From assembly GCA_907165135.1 (NCBI GenBank), contig OU015566.1, positions 4,650,001-4,714,000 of the forward strand: a stretch of 64,000 bases of DNA, written 5' to 3'. The stretch comes from Oikopleura dioica (taxonomy: Eukaryota > Animalia > Chordata). Positions within the stretch are counted from its first letter, which is position 1; each line of letters begins with the position of its first letter. Shown piece after piece: positions 8,195 through 20,362 of this stretch. The notes under the pieces were generated by a model. It was not told the origin of the DNA, made no database searches, and saw only the letters and a list, made by a program, of their open reading frames with translations. The position numbers were made by a program, and so were the translations under genes.

Positions 8195-8314
8195 TGTCTT
8201 CCGGAAGTGCGGTAATCCTACTGATAAGCCGAAAGTGTGAAATTGATCAGTCAGTACTTCCGGTATAGTACTTCCGGTGACCTTTCCGGAAACATGGGCT
8301 TTTTTATTACTACT
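8195..8314 (-). repeat. Putative Polinton terminal inverted repeat end
   Basis: AGTAGT terminus. Short direct repeats AGTACTTCCGGT and palindromes CTTCCGGAAG and TTTCCGGAAA. The partner TIR is outside the window. Confidence 0.65.
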
Positions 8315-8447
8315 AAGGTTCAATTTTTGGCGGCTTTTTTGTTAAAAAATGACAAATTTCCGTCTCGAAAAAGCTCTTATTACAGATTTTCAGTCAAAAA
8401 TTGGCAGTTTTTCGGAGATTTTTGAGCAACTTCGAGGATTTTCGAAC

Positions 8448-9020
8448 CCTTTTCCTAACAATTACAGCCGTAACCAGCGAATAAATCGTCCAAATCACCA
8501 GAAATCGTTTAAAACCCGCGCTAATAGCCCAAATGACTGGAATTATCAGCATTCCAAGAAGAGTAGCGGCGTTATAACTTCTTTTGTGGCGCTTCTGCCA
8601 GACGAATAGAATAATTTGAGCGGCAAAAAGGGTTCCAAAAAGCACAAGCACCATTTTCGTATGCATATCTTCATGACCTTAGGAATTGTGTTTGGGTAAG
8701 ATTGTCGATTTTGACAGGAAAAAAGCGTTTTCGATGCAACTTAAATGGTCTTGCTCCCTATTTTTGTGTCAAAAATACCTATGAAAAGTGATTTTTGACA
8801 GAAAAAATTAATTCTTATCATTTGAACATCTTTTGTTCGCTAATTTTCGCTCAATATAAAGGAATTTTCCCCTGAAAATCGCATTTTCGAGTGAAACTTG
8901 ACAGAAAAGGTAAACTCCTTTGAAAAATTTGAATAATTATAACTAACCTTCATGTTCTTTCAAATATTTTTTCTGCTCTTCTATTCTTTTCATTCTTTCT
9001 TCTACCGTTTCTATTCCCAT
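8448..9020 (-). CDS. RNF121: RNF121/RNF175-like gene, exons 1-2 only: join(9020..8948,8677..8448)
   Basis: MGIETVEE..KEHE-GHEDMHTKMVLVLFGTLFAAQ..WQKRHKRSYN..RFLVIW matches the RNF121 N-terminal TM region. The RING-coding exons are not in the window. Confidence 0.85.
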
Positions 9021-9090
9021 TTTCTTCAAATTTCTCTCTCTTCAATAAATAATTCGTCTTTTTCAAATTTTCCTTTTTCTCGCTGAAAAA

Positions 9091-9132
9091 TGACTCATCG
9101 CGCGCTCCACCGCAGCTGGCACCGCTGAGTCA
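9091..9132. promoter_or_regulatory. Inverted pair of AP-1-type sites upstream of RNF121
   Basis: TGACTCA 9091-9097 and TGAGTCA 9126-9132 flank a GC-rich spacer. Confidence 0.3.
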
Positions 9133-9254
9133 TCGTTTTCTCAAGTGATTCACTTTTCGGAAAGAAAAAATTGTATTTTAACCCTATTCTAGAGTTCACG
9201 ATTTCAACCAATGAGAAGTCAAAGAAACGGAATTGATTAAAAGTTAAAAATTAA

Positions 9255-9947
9255 GGGTAGGGTCCCCGTACAGGCCCAAAGCAGCGAGACTCTCCTCCGA
9301 ACCTATCAATGCTGGGAAGGCGTGTAATGGCTCAAATGAAATTTCAATCTTAGATCTTCTGATTGACACGAGCTTTTTTTGAAATTCCAAGAGAAAATTC
9401 ACGTGCGGTTCGCTCAAAGTTGTCGTCTCACCCAAAAATCGCGAAAATAGCCAATATTCAGGGCGACTCTCCTCCAAAGTGAGCAATGAAAACCCCCTCG
9501 ACTCTTTTGTAGGGTAAAGTTTGGACCCTAATCTTAAAAATGACACGAGCTTTTTTCGATTGGTCAAAATTTTCAATGTTAAAAATTTTAAAGTACGAAG
9601 GTACCCATTTTCCGTCCCTCTGACTCCGTGAATTGCCTTGCGGGCATAGCCCAAAAGCCGCCGTTCTCATCTCAAATAGATGTCCTGAACGTGGGCTTTC
9701 CAAAATATGACACCCTAACATATGACACCCTAACATAACGACTAAAAATTGTAAAAATTTTAATTAATATTTCCGCCTTTTAGCCAAAATGCACTAATTT
9801 TCGCCATTTTCGATTGCAATTTGTGCGAAAATGGGTTGAGATAGAGATAATACTCATAGGGAGTTTTTTGCTCAGAATTTCATGGAGATTCAGAAAAAGT
9901 GGTCAAAAACCGATTCTGAGACTTGACCCTGTACGGGGACCCTACCC
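9255..9947. mobile_element. TTAA-flanked MITE (Kolobok-like)
   Basis: Perfect 20-bp TIR GGGTAGGGTCCCCGTACAGG with TTAA on both sides. Confidence 0.85.
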
Positions 9948-11001
9948 TTAAAGTCCGACAAAATTTTTGCGCTAATCAAAAACCAACATTCAGGCTGAAT
10001 TATTCAGCCAATCTCTCAATCAGGGGTCTAAATTCGCAGTGCGAATTCGCATTATTGCGAAGCGATTGCGATAGCTTTTTGTTTGCACTTTCAATTTCCT
10101 TTAGCTTCTTCTGCTTTTGGCTAATTCCTGAAAATAAAATGTATAAAGTTTACTTCCAAAGAAAATGGTCCAAGGATCAAACAAAGAAAGCATCGAAAGA
10201 AAAGCCCTTTTTCGCCTCAATTTCTTTAATCTACCTGTTATTGCTAAAACTGGTAACAAGTTTCTTTCGAATGTGTAGGGCTTGATGATCTTGAGCATGC
10301 ATCAATTTATGAATAACATCCTTCAAATCTACCCCAGCCGTCCATAAAAACCCTTTGACTCCGGAAATCACTGCTTTAATTAAAATCAATTTGAGCTTTA
10401 AGCTCTCATTTTCTTTTGAAAGGTCCAAAACAACTCCCGAAACTCATTCTCTCCTATTGTAGAATCTTTATAATCTAAAGAGTTTTTATCCTAGCAGGGT
10501 TCGAAATGTAGCAATATATTGCTGCTACATGCTACACGTGCTACATCCCTCAAAAAAAGTCCCTGCTACATGCTACATGTGCTACACCCCCCAAGATAAA
10601 GGAGCAAGCAGATGCGCACGCGGCTTGGCGAAAACAGAAAGGAATTGAGTTTCGCTTCGCAGAAGAGCAGCATCTCTTGGCGCAGAAAGATCAAAAGACC
10701 AAGTCTGAAGAGGCAAAACGGAAGAAAGCAGCGTAAGTCCACGATTTCTCAGTCTTTTTCACCGATTTTAAAGGACAAAAGCAGCGAATATCGCGCGTCA
10801 AGAAGCAAGAAGCCACCCAAAAGTGCACTTGGACCTTCGATCGGCCGAGGACAGATGCTCCAGCAAGCTCGCCAGAGAAACAACCCACTGGACAATTTGG
10901 CGTCCGGGAAGCTCCAGCTCCTGAGCTGAGAAAAAAACAGGAAGAACAAGCCTGGAATCTAGAAAATCACGTCCACAAGGAGCAGCGCAAGAAGGACAAA
11001 T

Positions 11002-11610
<609 letters not shown>

Positions 11611-11835
11611 AACCAGAACTGACAACCTTTTAGTGAAAATTTTACTCATGAACCGATTACCACTGCCTAAAGATCCTTCAGTTGATCCCCTCTTAGATTT
11701 AACCCTTATTGATCTGTCCTATTCTAAGTTCCTGAAATTTAATTTTGGAAAACGTCCGCTGAAAAGCGTTGAGTACTGTAAATATTTTACCTTCAAAATA
11801 TTGAATTAAGAATAGTCGCTGCTACTGATAATGGC

Positions 11836-12162
11836 AAGAAAGTCTTTCGACAGGTCGAGTACTATTTCGGCGACCTGAATCTCCAGCGAGATAGATTTCT
11901 CATGGACGAAATGAAAAAGGACGAAGGCTGGATTTCACTTGATACCATGATGAAGGTGTGCAGCTATCTCTATCCGAAACGCTTTTCTTTTTTTTAGTTC
12001 AAAAGGTTAACCAAAATCGTTGACAACAAGAAGGAAGGTGTCACCGCCGCTCTCGAATAGATCAGAACTGATTTGATTGAGGTTTCTGAATATAAAACCA
12101 AGATCCGACGAGTCACCAGCAAACCCATCCCAGTCTACGATGATAACGACAAACGACTTCAG
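11836..12162 (+). pseudogene. SSB: La/SSB La-motif fragment, 42-nt intron retained
   Basis: RQVEYYFGDLNLQRDRFL..DEGWISL..FKRL..LIEVSEYKTKIRR. In-frame TAG 12058-12060; no RRM follows. Confidence 0.85.
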
Positions 12163-12989
12163 AAAAATTTCGGATCTTGATTTCTACGTGAATAAACCTT
12201 CAGATGTTCCAACAAGTATCTTCTCAAAAATGTAGAAGATGCTCTGGCCGGAGCCTTAAAAACGTCTCTCAACTCGTAAGGTCCCTGAGGAAATCTTCTG
12301 CCACGTCTTCAACCGTCCTCAATTGTCACCCACCGACCCAGTCGCATCCCTCGATCGCCTTGACAACTGGCTAATCGACCCCTACCAAAGCATTCTTTAC
12401 ACCTTGTGAATCACAAGTCTTAAAACGTTTACGAAACTTTTAACTGTATAAAACTCTGTATCTTGTGCAATATGTCAACTTCTACGTTTGAACCCTTTTT
12501 GGACATCGGGATTCTTAGAAAATATAAATACAACTCATATTCTTGAAAATATATGGAAACAGATTTCTTCGACGAAATTTGCTTCTCATTTTTTCTATGA
12601 AACCAAAAAGTTTTTCGATCTCTTTGAAAGCATGAGCATATTTTTCTCACCATGGTATCCGCATTAATATTTCATAATCATTGTGCAAGGACTCGTTATC
12701 AATTGTCAAAAATCGAATACTCAGAAGCGATATGCACAAACTTCCGCAGGTGCTTGAGATGCATAAGTAAATATCTTTTTCTCACTTAAATTTTCCGGAT
12801 CTTCATGGCAGTTCGGAATCCAAACCGTCTCTGAAGATAAAGAATCATGTTACATGTATCCTAATAATAAAATCTAATTATAAAATCTGTTTCGGTAAGA
12901 ATTAAAATGTTTCAATCTGCACACGGAATTCGAAAAAATGTAAATCGCAGTGAATAGTCAAGAATCGTGATACTGAGTCAGTAAAATAT

Positions 12990-13550
12990 TTATCTAAAGC
13001 CGGAAAATTCCTTTCCGGAAAATTGATTTTTCTGTTGCTGCGCGAAGCGACCAAATCCACCCAAACCACGTCCGAAGCCGCCTCCGAAGTCACCGCCAGA
13101 ATTGTTGCCAGAACCAAATGAGCTGCTTTGTTGGTTGCTAGTACCAAAAGCGGATGAGCCGAAAGCTGAGCCACCGAATGCAGTGGGGCCAAAGCCACTT
13201 CCGCCGCTGCTACCGAAGGCGCTGCCTCCAAATCCGCCACTTGAACCTAAATAAACTTCGTTTCTGATGTCTATTTAAAACTTTGATACCTCCACCTGAA
13301 CCGGAGAAAGGAATAGTTGCCCCGCTTCCTCCAGAAAAAGGACCAGAAGATGATTGTTGATGACTAGAATTCGAGAAGTTCGAATTCTTACAAGTTTAAG
13401 TTTAAAAAAATCGATATCTGAATAACATACATTTGCTGACATTGAGTCCAAGGTGGCATTGGGAGCCAGTGGATTCTCGGCCAACTGAAGAGAGGCTGTT
13501 CTCGTTCGGCGCGTTTTCACTTGACCAATTTCAGGCGGCTCTTCGTCGTT
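12990..13550 (-). CDS. Three 3-prime exons of an FG-repeat protein (Nup214-like C-terminus): join(13550..13431,13386..13290,13246..12990)
   Basis: GT-AG introns in frame. GGFGGSAFGSS..FGGGFGRGLGGFGRFAQ..FSGFR-stop. No start or upstream exons found. Confidence 0.55.
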
Positions 13551-13752
13551 CTATATTATTTTACCATATTTTTTAAAATTGTTATTCAAACCCCGATATA
13601 TCGCGCGCCCTCTTCCCAATTTTCGTTGCTGTGTCCGTGACTCATGATTAAGTGCTAATATAGTTTGGAATTTTTTCACAATCCTTATCTTTTAGGAAAG
13701 CCTTAGTTTGTATAAAGGGAGTTAAGCTCTGCAAGTTTTGTAAAGATTTATC

Positions 13753-14066
13753 TAAAATAGGGGACTGCCTTAATCGTCGTTAAAGCGTTGCATCGGCTGC
13801 CTTAATCGTCGTTAAAACGTTGCATCGGACTGCTTTAGTCGTCGCTAAAACGATGCATGGGCTGCCTTAGTCGCCGTCTGACTCATCTTGCCTTTTTCAA
13901 TTTCAAGATAGGTAGGGGCGCGCCAACCAGCGCTTTCAGAGTGTTTCTAGACTTTCCAGATTCTCCCAAGACGACGATTAAGGCAGCCCAATGCAACGTT
14001 TTAACGACGACGATTAAGGCAGCCGATGCAACGTTTTAACGACGATTAAGGCAGTCTCCTATTTTA
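13753..14066. mobile_element. Small fold-back MITE; arms built from ~30-bp sub-repeats
   Basis: GCTGCCTTAATCGTCGTTAAAACGTTGCATC units on the left, reverse complements on the right. Confidence 0.8.
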
Positions 14067-14290
14067 TGATACTTGAAGAGCAGACCAAAAGAATGATTTT
14101 GAAGGATGAACAAATTAGAGGATTTTGAAGGATAAAAAAAACTGTATACAGAATTCGGCAGAATCGCTCAAGCTTCGGAATTCTAGAATATAAGCTACGA
14201 TTACAGAGAATGGCAGACTCGAACTCTTGCGGAGGAAAATATGATTGAAGAACTCGCAAGTTGAAAAGTAAAATCAGTTTATTTTAATTA

Positions 14291-16405
14291 CAGTTTGTTT
14301 CCAAATTTCCGGACTAATTTTGTCCCCAGATTTCTGAAAAATGTCCGGAAATTCGGGTCACCTGAAAAAATGCATGTCCTACCAACGATCCTTAAAATTT
14401 TTCAAAATAAGGTGAGTTCCTCGTATAGGACTCGTCTTTACGCAAAAACAGACGAGAACAAAGTGGGTAGGATAGGAGAACTCAAGGATAAGCACAAGAA
14501 AGTCAATATAGGACAAAATAAATCCAATTTAGACAAAAGTGTAAAATTTTTCCAATCAAGTTTATTTTGCCATAAATGAATTCAGCGTGTTCGAAAACCC
14601 CGGAAAACCTTTATTTCCGTCTTCCGGTACCAAAAAGTGATAAGCGCGGCGCTTCAAAGTGCCGAAATCGGAAATTTTCGAAGTTTAGTTTTGGGAAGAA
14701 GTAGAGTAGATATCAAAATTCTAATTTAACAGAGTTTTAGATAATCGTTTGAACCGCCAGGCAAACGTTTAAAAATATAAAATGTTTATGTTTAACTCCT
14801 TTTTCTAGCGCTCAAAGTTGACCTTATTTTTGTGAGCGCGCGCAACACTCATCTTCGCCGATCGACTCGCTCAAAATACTTGGATTTTCATGAGAATTAG
14901 TAGACATACGTAACTTTTTCTCCTCTTTTCAAATCAATTCGAATTTTTATTTAAGCTTATTTTGGGGAGAGTTACAGCGGTACATAGAAGCTCAAGTTCA
15001 AGCACGCTAAAAGGCATCAAATATTATCCATTTCATAATAAAACTAAGCTCATTAAAAAGCTCGTGTTTTTATGGAAGAAAAATTCATTGGGGCGCATAA
15101 AGACATTATCGAGACATAATGATAAAAATCGGTCTGTTTATCTGTTTGCGCGCAAAAACTCAGCGGGAATCCACCTCTCTTTAAACAGGGCCGGGCGCAC
15201 CGGGGTGTCAACTAAAATCTCTCGATTATTCGCAAAGTCAATATTTCTGAGACAAATTTTTACATTCAGTTTTGTAGAGAATTAAACGGGCTTTTTAATG
15301 AGCTTAGTTTTATTGTGAAATGGATAATATTTGATGCACTTTAGTGTGCTTGAACTTGAGCTTCTATGTACCGCTGTAACTCTCCCCAAAATAAGCTTAA
15401 ATAAAAATTCGAATTGATTTGAAAAGAGGAGAAAAAGTTACGTATGTCTACTAATTTTCATGAAAATCCAAGTCTTTTGAGCGAGTCGATCGGCGAAGAT
15501 GAGTGTTGCGTGCGCTCACAAAAATAAGGTCAACTTTGAGCGCTAGAAAAAGGAGTTAAACGTAAACATTTTATAATTTTGAAACGTTTGCCCGGCGGTT
15601 CAAACGAAATTAGAATTTTGATATCTATTCTACTTCTTCCCAAAACTAAGGAACACTCCACTTTGTGTCGCGGTCAAAACTTCGCACCTGGAAAACACGA
15701 GCAGGATGAGCCATTGAGTAAATATGATCACATGGCACATTGAGCCCACGCACGGACCAAAATCGTGATAACCGGGGTTAAGAGTATTTTAGAGTAAATT
15801 AGGCAAGATTTGACCAATTTATATTTTTGGCGTTTTGAGGCTTATACGCCGCTGAGCTTGATCTTGGACTGAATGTGCCCTGTACTCATACTTACTCAAT
15901 GGCTCACACATCTCGTGCCGAGAGAGCAGTCTCTGCAGGAGTTAGCACATGTCGTCGAACTCTTGCATCCTATTTGCTCGGCTGGAGATCCTACCCGTAC
16001 TTTCCAGGTGCGAAGTTATGACCCCGACACAAAGTGGACAGCCCCAAAACTAAACGTCGAAAATTTCCGATTTCGGCACTTTGAAGCTCCGCGCTTATCA
16101 CTTTTCGGTACCGGAAGACGGAAATAAAGGTTTTTCCGGGGTTTTCGAACACGCTTAATTCATTTATGGCAAATAAACTTGATTGGAAAAATTTTACACT
16201 TTTGTCTAAATTGGATTTAATTTGTCCATATTCAACCTTTGGTTCCATTTTTAGAAGAAAATATATGAATAACAGTCAAAATTTTTCTGAATTTAAAAAA
16301 GTCCGGAAATTTAGGTCATCGTCAACTTGGCAGTGTCTCACTCAAACCCCTTAAAATCTGAAAAGTGTCCGGAAATTTTGACTCCGGAAATTGGGCAACA
16401 AACTG
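14291..16405. mobile_element. Tc1/mariner-type non-autonomous element with nested internal palindromes
   Basis: TA|CAGTTTGTT...AACAAACTG|TA ends. 14500-14697 is inverted at ~16045-16230, and ~14690-15062 is inverted at ~15290-15650. Confidence 0.75.
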
Positions 16406-17004
16406 TAATCGATGTTTCGATTATTCCTAAATTAATGACACGAATCGCACCGTGCTAAAAATAAGCTAGCGGTGGATTTACTTCTTATTTGTCATTTGAA
16501 AAAACTTTTGCGAGCTCGAGACCTTCACAAAGCTGATGATTTGGGATTTCACGCCAGCGCCCATTTCATCAAACTTATATTCCCCGGTGGACTTTTTAAA
16601 AAATTAAAAATTCGGGCTGACACTGACAATGTCGCCGAATGTCGCTGAATTTCACTGAATGTTGCCGAATGTCGCCGAAAAAACACCATGTTCTAGAACT
16701 TAGATTCTTGGTCATAATATCGTTTTCCTTAAAAAGATACTGCTCCGATCGGTAAAATTACATTTTTAATAAGCATAAAACTAGCCATAAGAAACCTCAA
16801 CTAATCATCCCTCAAGAAACCCACGTGCTCTTCGCACCTGGATAGTAGGAAACTCAAAGAGTGAGTATGCCAATTTTTGCGTTTCCGTCACTTCATAGAA
16901 CAAATTTATTTTGATAACAAACCATTTTTTAAATTTGAGGCTATTTTTAAGAAAATGGCGAAATTCGGCGACATTCGGCGACAAAGTCAGTGCGTCCCAA
17001 AATT

Positions 17005-17330
17005 CGAGCCGATTATGAACGATGAGAGCTACCCAGTTTCATTCAGATTCTTGGACAAGTCGGCAAAACGAGTAGATTACTTTATTGACGTCTGTCAAGA
17101 CGAATAAGCTCTACGATTAGATTTTACAAGTCGAGTTAGCCTGCAATTAAAGGAGCCTACCGACGCCCATTATAAAGGTGTTGCTTTTCTGAAGAGCACT
17201 GGAGAGAACAATCATGAAAGCAACAGTGTTGATCTCTACGCCCAGAAAAAACGAACAGGCTTTGCGCTAAAGCAGTCAAAAGAGTTCTTCCTGAGCTGGG
17301 AAAACTCGACTGACGTACGAACTCAAACAC
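17005..17330 (+). pseudogene. Unidentified coding remnant with an internal stop
   Basis: About 105 protein-like codons interrupted by TAA at 17105-17107. No family recognised. Confidence 0.25.
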
Positions 17331-18089
17331 TTTTCCTATTCAAATCAGGAACAAATTTCTAGAAGAAATCTTTGAATTTTTAAAAGGCGGATATCAGATA
17401 GGTTATCTTCAAAATCAGGAAAAACTCAAAGCTCTTTTTTGAGATCCCGCTTCAAATACTGCTCCTATTTTTTCTTTCACAAGAATTATCAATTGTCCCA
17501 AATTTTTATTCGACTTTTTCTGATAAAAAGTAATAAGGTATCTGGAGAGACCAACATGGGAGAAATGAAGGAAAAATCCGATGTTTGAGAAAATTAGCGT
17601 CAAAGACGACCCTAAGGATTCCGGCCAAACCCTCAGAAATTTCAAAAATTTTACTGATGGAAAAAATTGTTGAGATGAATATTTTGAGGCCAACGTGGAA
17701 TAAATAAGGTTTCTATGTAGATATACATTGAAATAGCCGTTTTTCCGAACGTTTTTTTGTCAAAAATTTTAATTTTCAATGAAATTTTTGAAAAAATAAG
17801 AAAATTCGGAATTTTGAAGCTTTGATTACTCAGATCTGCTACATTTACAAACATCTCTTAATAAAATTATTTGTTTGTTTAAGTGCGAAAAAGATATTTG
17901 AAATTGTGAAAATCTCGACTTCTTGACCTAAAGTCAATTTTTTATTGATTTAATTTAATTTTTAGAAAGCAAAATTGCAAAGCTTTTTATGCGGACTTTG
18001 CCTACTTATGGCTATGGACCATAGCCTATGGTTTTTTCGATTTGCTTTCGATAATACTAGTCAAAAATGTATTACAGTCGTGTATTACA

Positions 18090-19110
18090 GTTTTGAGCGG
18101 AGTGGAGCGGTGAGTGGATGCCCAAAAAAATGGTTGAGCGACTGGAGTGGGTGAGCGGAGTGGATTTTGAGTGGATTTTGAGCGGATTTTTAGGGACGTT
18201 TGAGCGATTAAAAAATATTTTTGCATTTCATGCACCCTACAATTCACTCAAAAAAGAGTCCAGAGGCCGGGTTTTTTCATTCTCATATTTTTAGTCAATT
18301 TACAATTATATTCTCGGAAGCATTAACTAATGGAAGATATATTCTTAGCAACCTTGAAGTTCATGAGGTACTGAGGAACAAACAGGTTCGTTTCATTCTT
18401 AAACGCTTAGGTTAAACCCATTATAATGGGTGGTTGGGGGGAGGGTTTAGTTATCAAAAAGGTTGAAAGAGAGCAGAGGAACAAAAAAGGTTCGACCCCC
18501 ACGAGCAGACAGAAACCGAAGTCATCTTTGCACGCCGTGAGCAAGCCTTTCCTTTTCTGAAAAAGGGGTTTTAAGAAAGAGGGGGGTTGAAAGAAAAAGA
18601 AAGAGGGTCGTTAAGAAGAGAGGTTGAAAAGGTCGGGCCCCCACGAGCAGACAGAAACCGAAGTCTTCTTTGCACGCCGTGAGCAAGCCTTTTATTTTTC
18701 GAGATAAAAGGGTTTTAGAGGGGGTCTGATCATCAATATCTTATGAAAAAGTTGGTCCTAAATTAAAGGTTGATCCTGAAATTATATCAGTGATTTATTC
18801 TCTTGATTATCCCCTGAGAGAATGTGATTCTTTATTTAAAAATAGACAAAACTCGGTCTCCAATCAGAATACGAGAGAAGGGGCGCTGAAGACAAAAATC
18901 CACTCCATCCGCTCAATATCCACTCCATCCACTCAAAATCCACTCCATCCACTCAAAATCCATTCCAAAGTAGATTTTACAGGTTGGAGTGGAGTGGAGC
19001 GAATGAGTGGATACTAAATATAGGCTGAGCGAGTGGAGTGAAGTGGATCCACTCCGCTCACGCTCCACTCCACTCCGCTCAAAATCCACTCCATCGCTCA
19101 GCAAAATTGG
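18090..19110. repeat. GAGTGGA/TCCACTC simple-repeat blocks in inverted arrangement around a ~60-bp direct duplication
   Basis: Blocks at ~18090-18190 and ~18895-19095. Duplicate CCCCCACGAGCAGACAGAAACCGAAGTC at ~18498 and ~18638. Confidence 0.6.
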
Positions 19111-19234
19111 AACCCTGATTTCAGGAAGTATTAAATTTCCAATAATTAAGGCCATTTCGACCTCCGGATCCGTTTCACTCCAAGTCAACTTATTAGAGCC
19201 AGTCACTACTCATTTTGAATTGAAAATCATTTAA

Positions 19235-20358
19235 GGGACACGGGCGAGCAGCGCGGAGCTGAATTTCACGCGCTCGCCATCATTCTTGAAAATGAGATTT
19301 TTCAAAATTTCTTTTTGCAAATATCATCTATAACTATTCAGCTTTCTATTCCAGTTCTCAGTTTGTCTCTATCACCACTGACTGACGAGCTAGCGAGAAA
19401 AAGAGAGGCGCAATTTCAAAAGGCATCAAGTCCTTCAATCTTCATCCTATTTTCATTAAATTAGCACCATTGAAAAGCCCATTAAGGGATCACCCCCCGA
19501 TTTTTCAAAACTTTGGCACCGGTCATTATTGCCTATGATTAGATTCCTCGTTTTCTGAGGATCATTTTGACATATGATTGTACCCCTTTAAATAAATGCA
19601 TCCCCAAAATTTTGGCTCCCAAAGTTTGGGAAAATGCATATGAATTGTACTTAGCGTGAAAATCGCAATATTTTTCGAATTTTCATTGCCATCGAAATAA
19701 GACAAGCAAGGGGTCTTACGAAAGCTTAGAATGGGTAGATTACGAATATAATAACCGCACTAGAATTTTCGGCCAAGTTTTGGCGCTAGAGAGCATTTAA
19801 ACAACCAAAAAACGGCAAAAATGGGTTCAAAAAGTTTTACAACTAGAATTTTTTTATTTACTTATCCAATCATGCTGATTCTGAGCAGATCATACCTATA
19901 GCGCTTAGCTGAAAATGTACTCATTGCGCAGGACGCGCTGATTTACCTAGGAACTTAGTGCGCGGCCGCACGGCGGGGCGCTCCGATTTAACTATTTTGG
20001 GCTTCTTTGACATGATTCCCGCTGGGCGCGCGCTAGGTTACCTTGTTTATCTGCTCTTTATCGTCAATAAGAACACTTTCAGCTTAGCGCTATACGTATG
20101 ATCTGCTCAGAATTTAATGGGCTTTTCAATGGTGCTTATTTCATGAAATAATAATGAAGATTGAAGGACTTGATGCCTTTGGAAGTTGCGCGTCTCTTTT
20201 TCTCGCTTGCTCGTCAGTTAGTAATGATAGAGAGAAACTGAGAAGTGGAATACAAAGCTGAAGAGTTGTAGATGATATTTAAAAAATTTGAAAAATATCA
20301 TTTTCAAGAATAATGTCGAGCGCGTCAAGTTCGGCTCCGCGCACCTCGACCGTGTCCC
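19235..20358. mobile_element. TTAA-flanked MITE with long imperfect TIRs; secondary insertion at internal TTAA 19482-19485
   Basis: TTAA|GGGACACGG ... CCGTGTCCC|TTAA. The arms match over ~250 bp. Confidence 0.8.
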
Positions 20359-20362
20359 TTAA

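Larger units (their letters stand above)
1..8314 (-). mobile_element. Polinton/Maverick (endogenous polintovirus), right arm; continues past the left edge of the window
   Basis: Co-oriented cluster of MCP, adenain-like protease, penton, retroviral-like integrase and A32-like ATPase. Minus-strand terminus begins AGTAGTAATAAAAAAGCCC at 8314. pPolB is not in the window. Confidence 0.92.

Noticed and set aside
10020-10428. Possible two-exon coiled-coil gene on the minus strand
   Set aside because: The obvious donor and acceptor do not join in frame; no homology recognised.
12902-13240. Ala/Val-rich 112-aa ORF
   Set aside because: Off-frame reading of the FG-repeat exon.
18489-18510. GGTTCGACCCCC resembling a tRNA T-loop/B-box
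   Set aside because: No cloverleaf or A-box found, and the duplicate copy lacks the motif.
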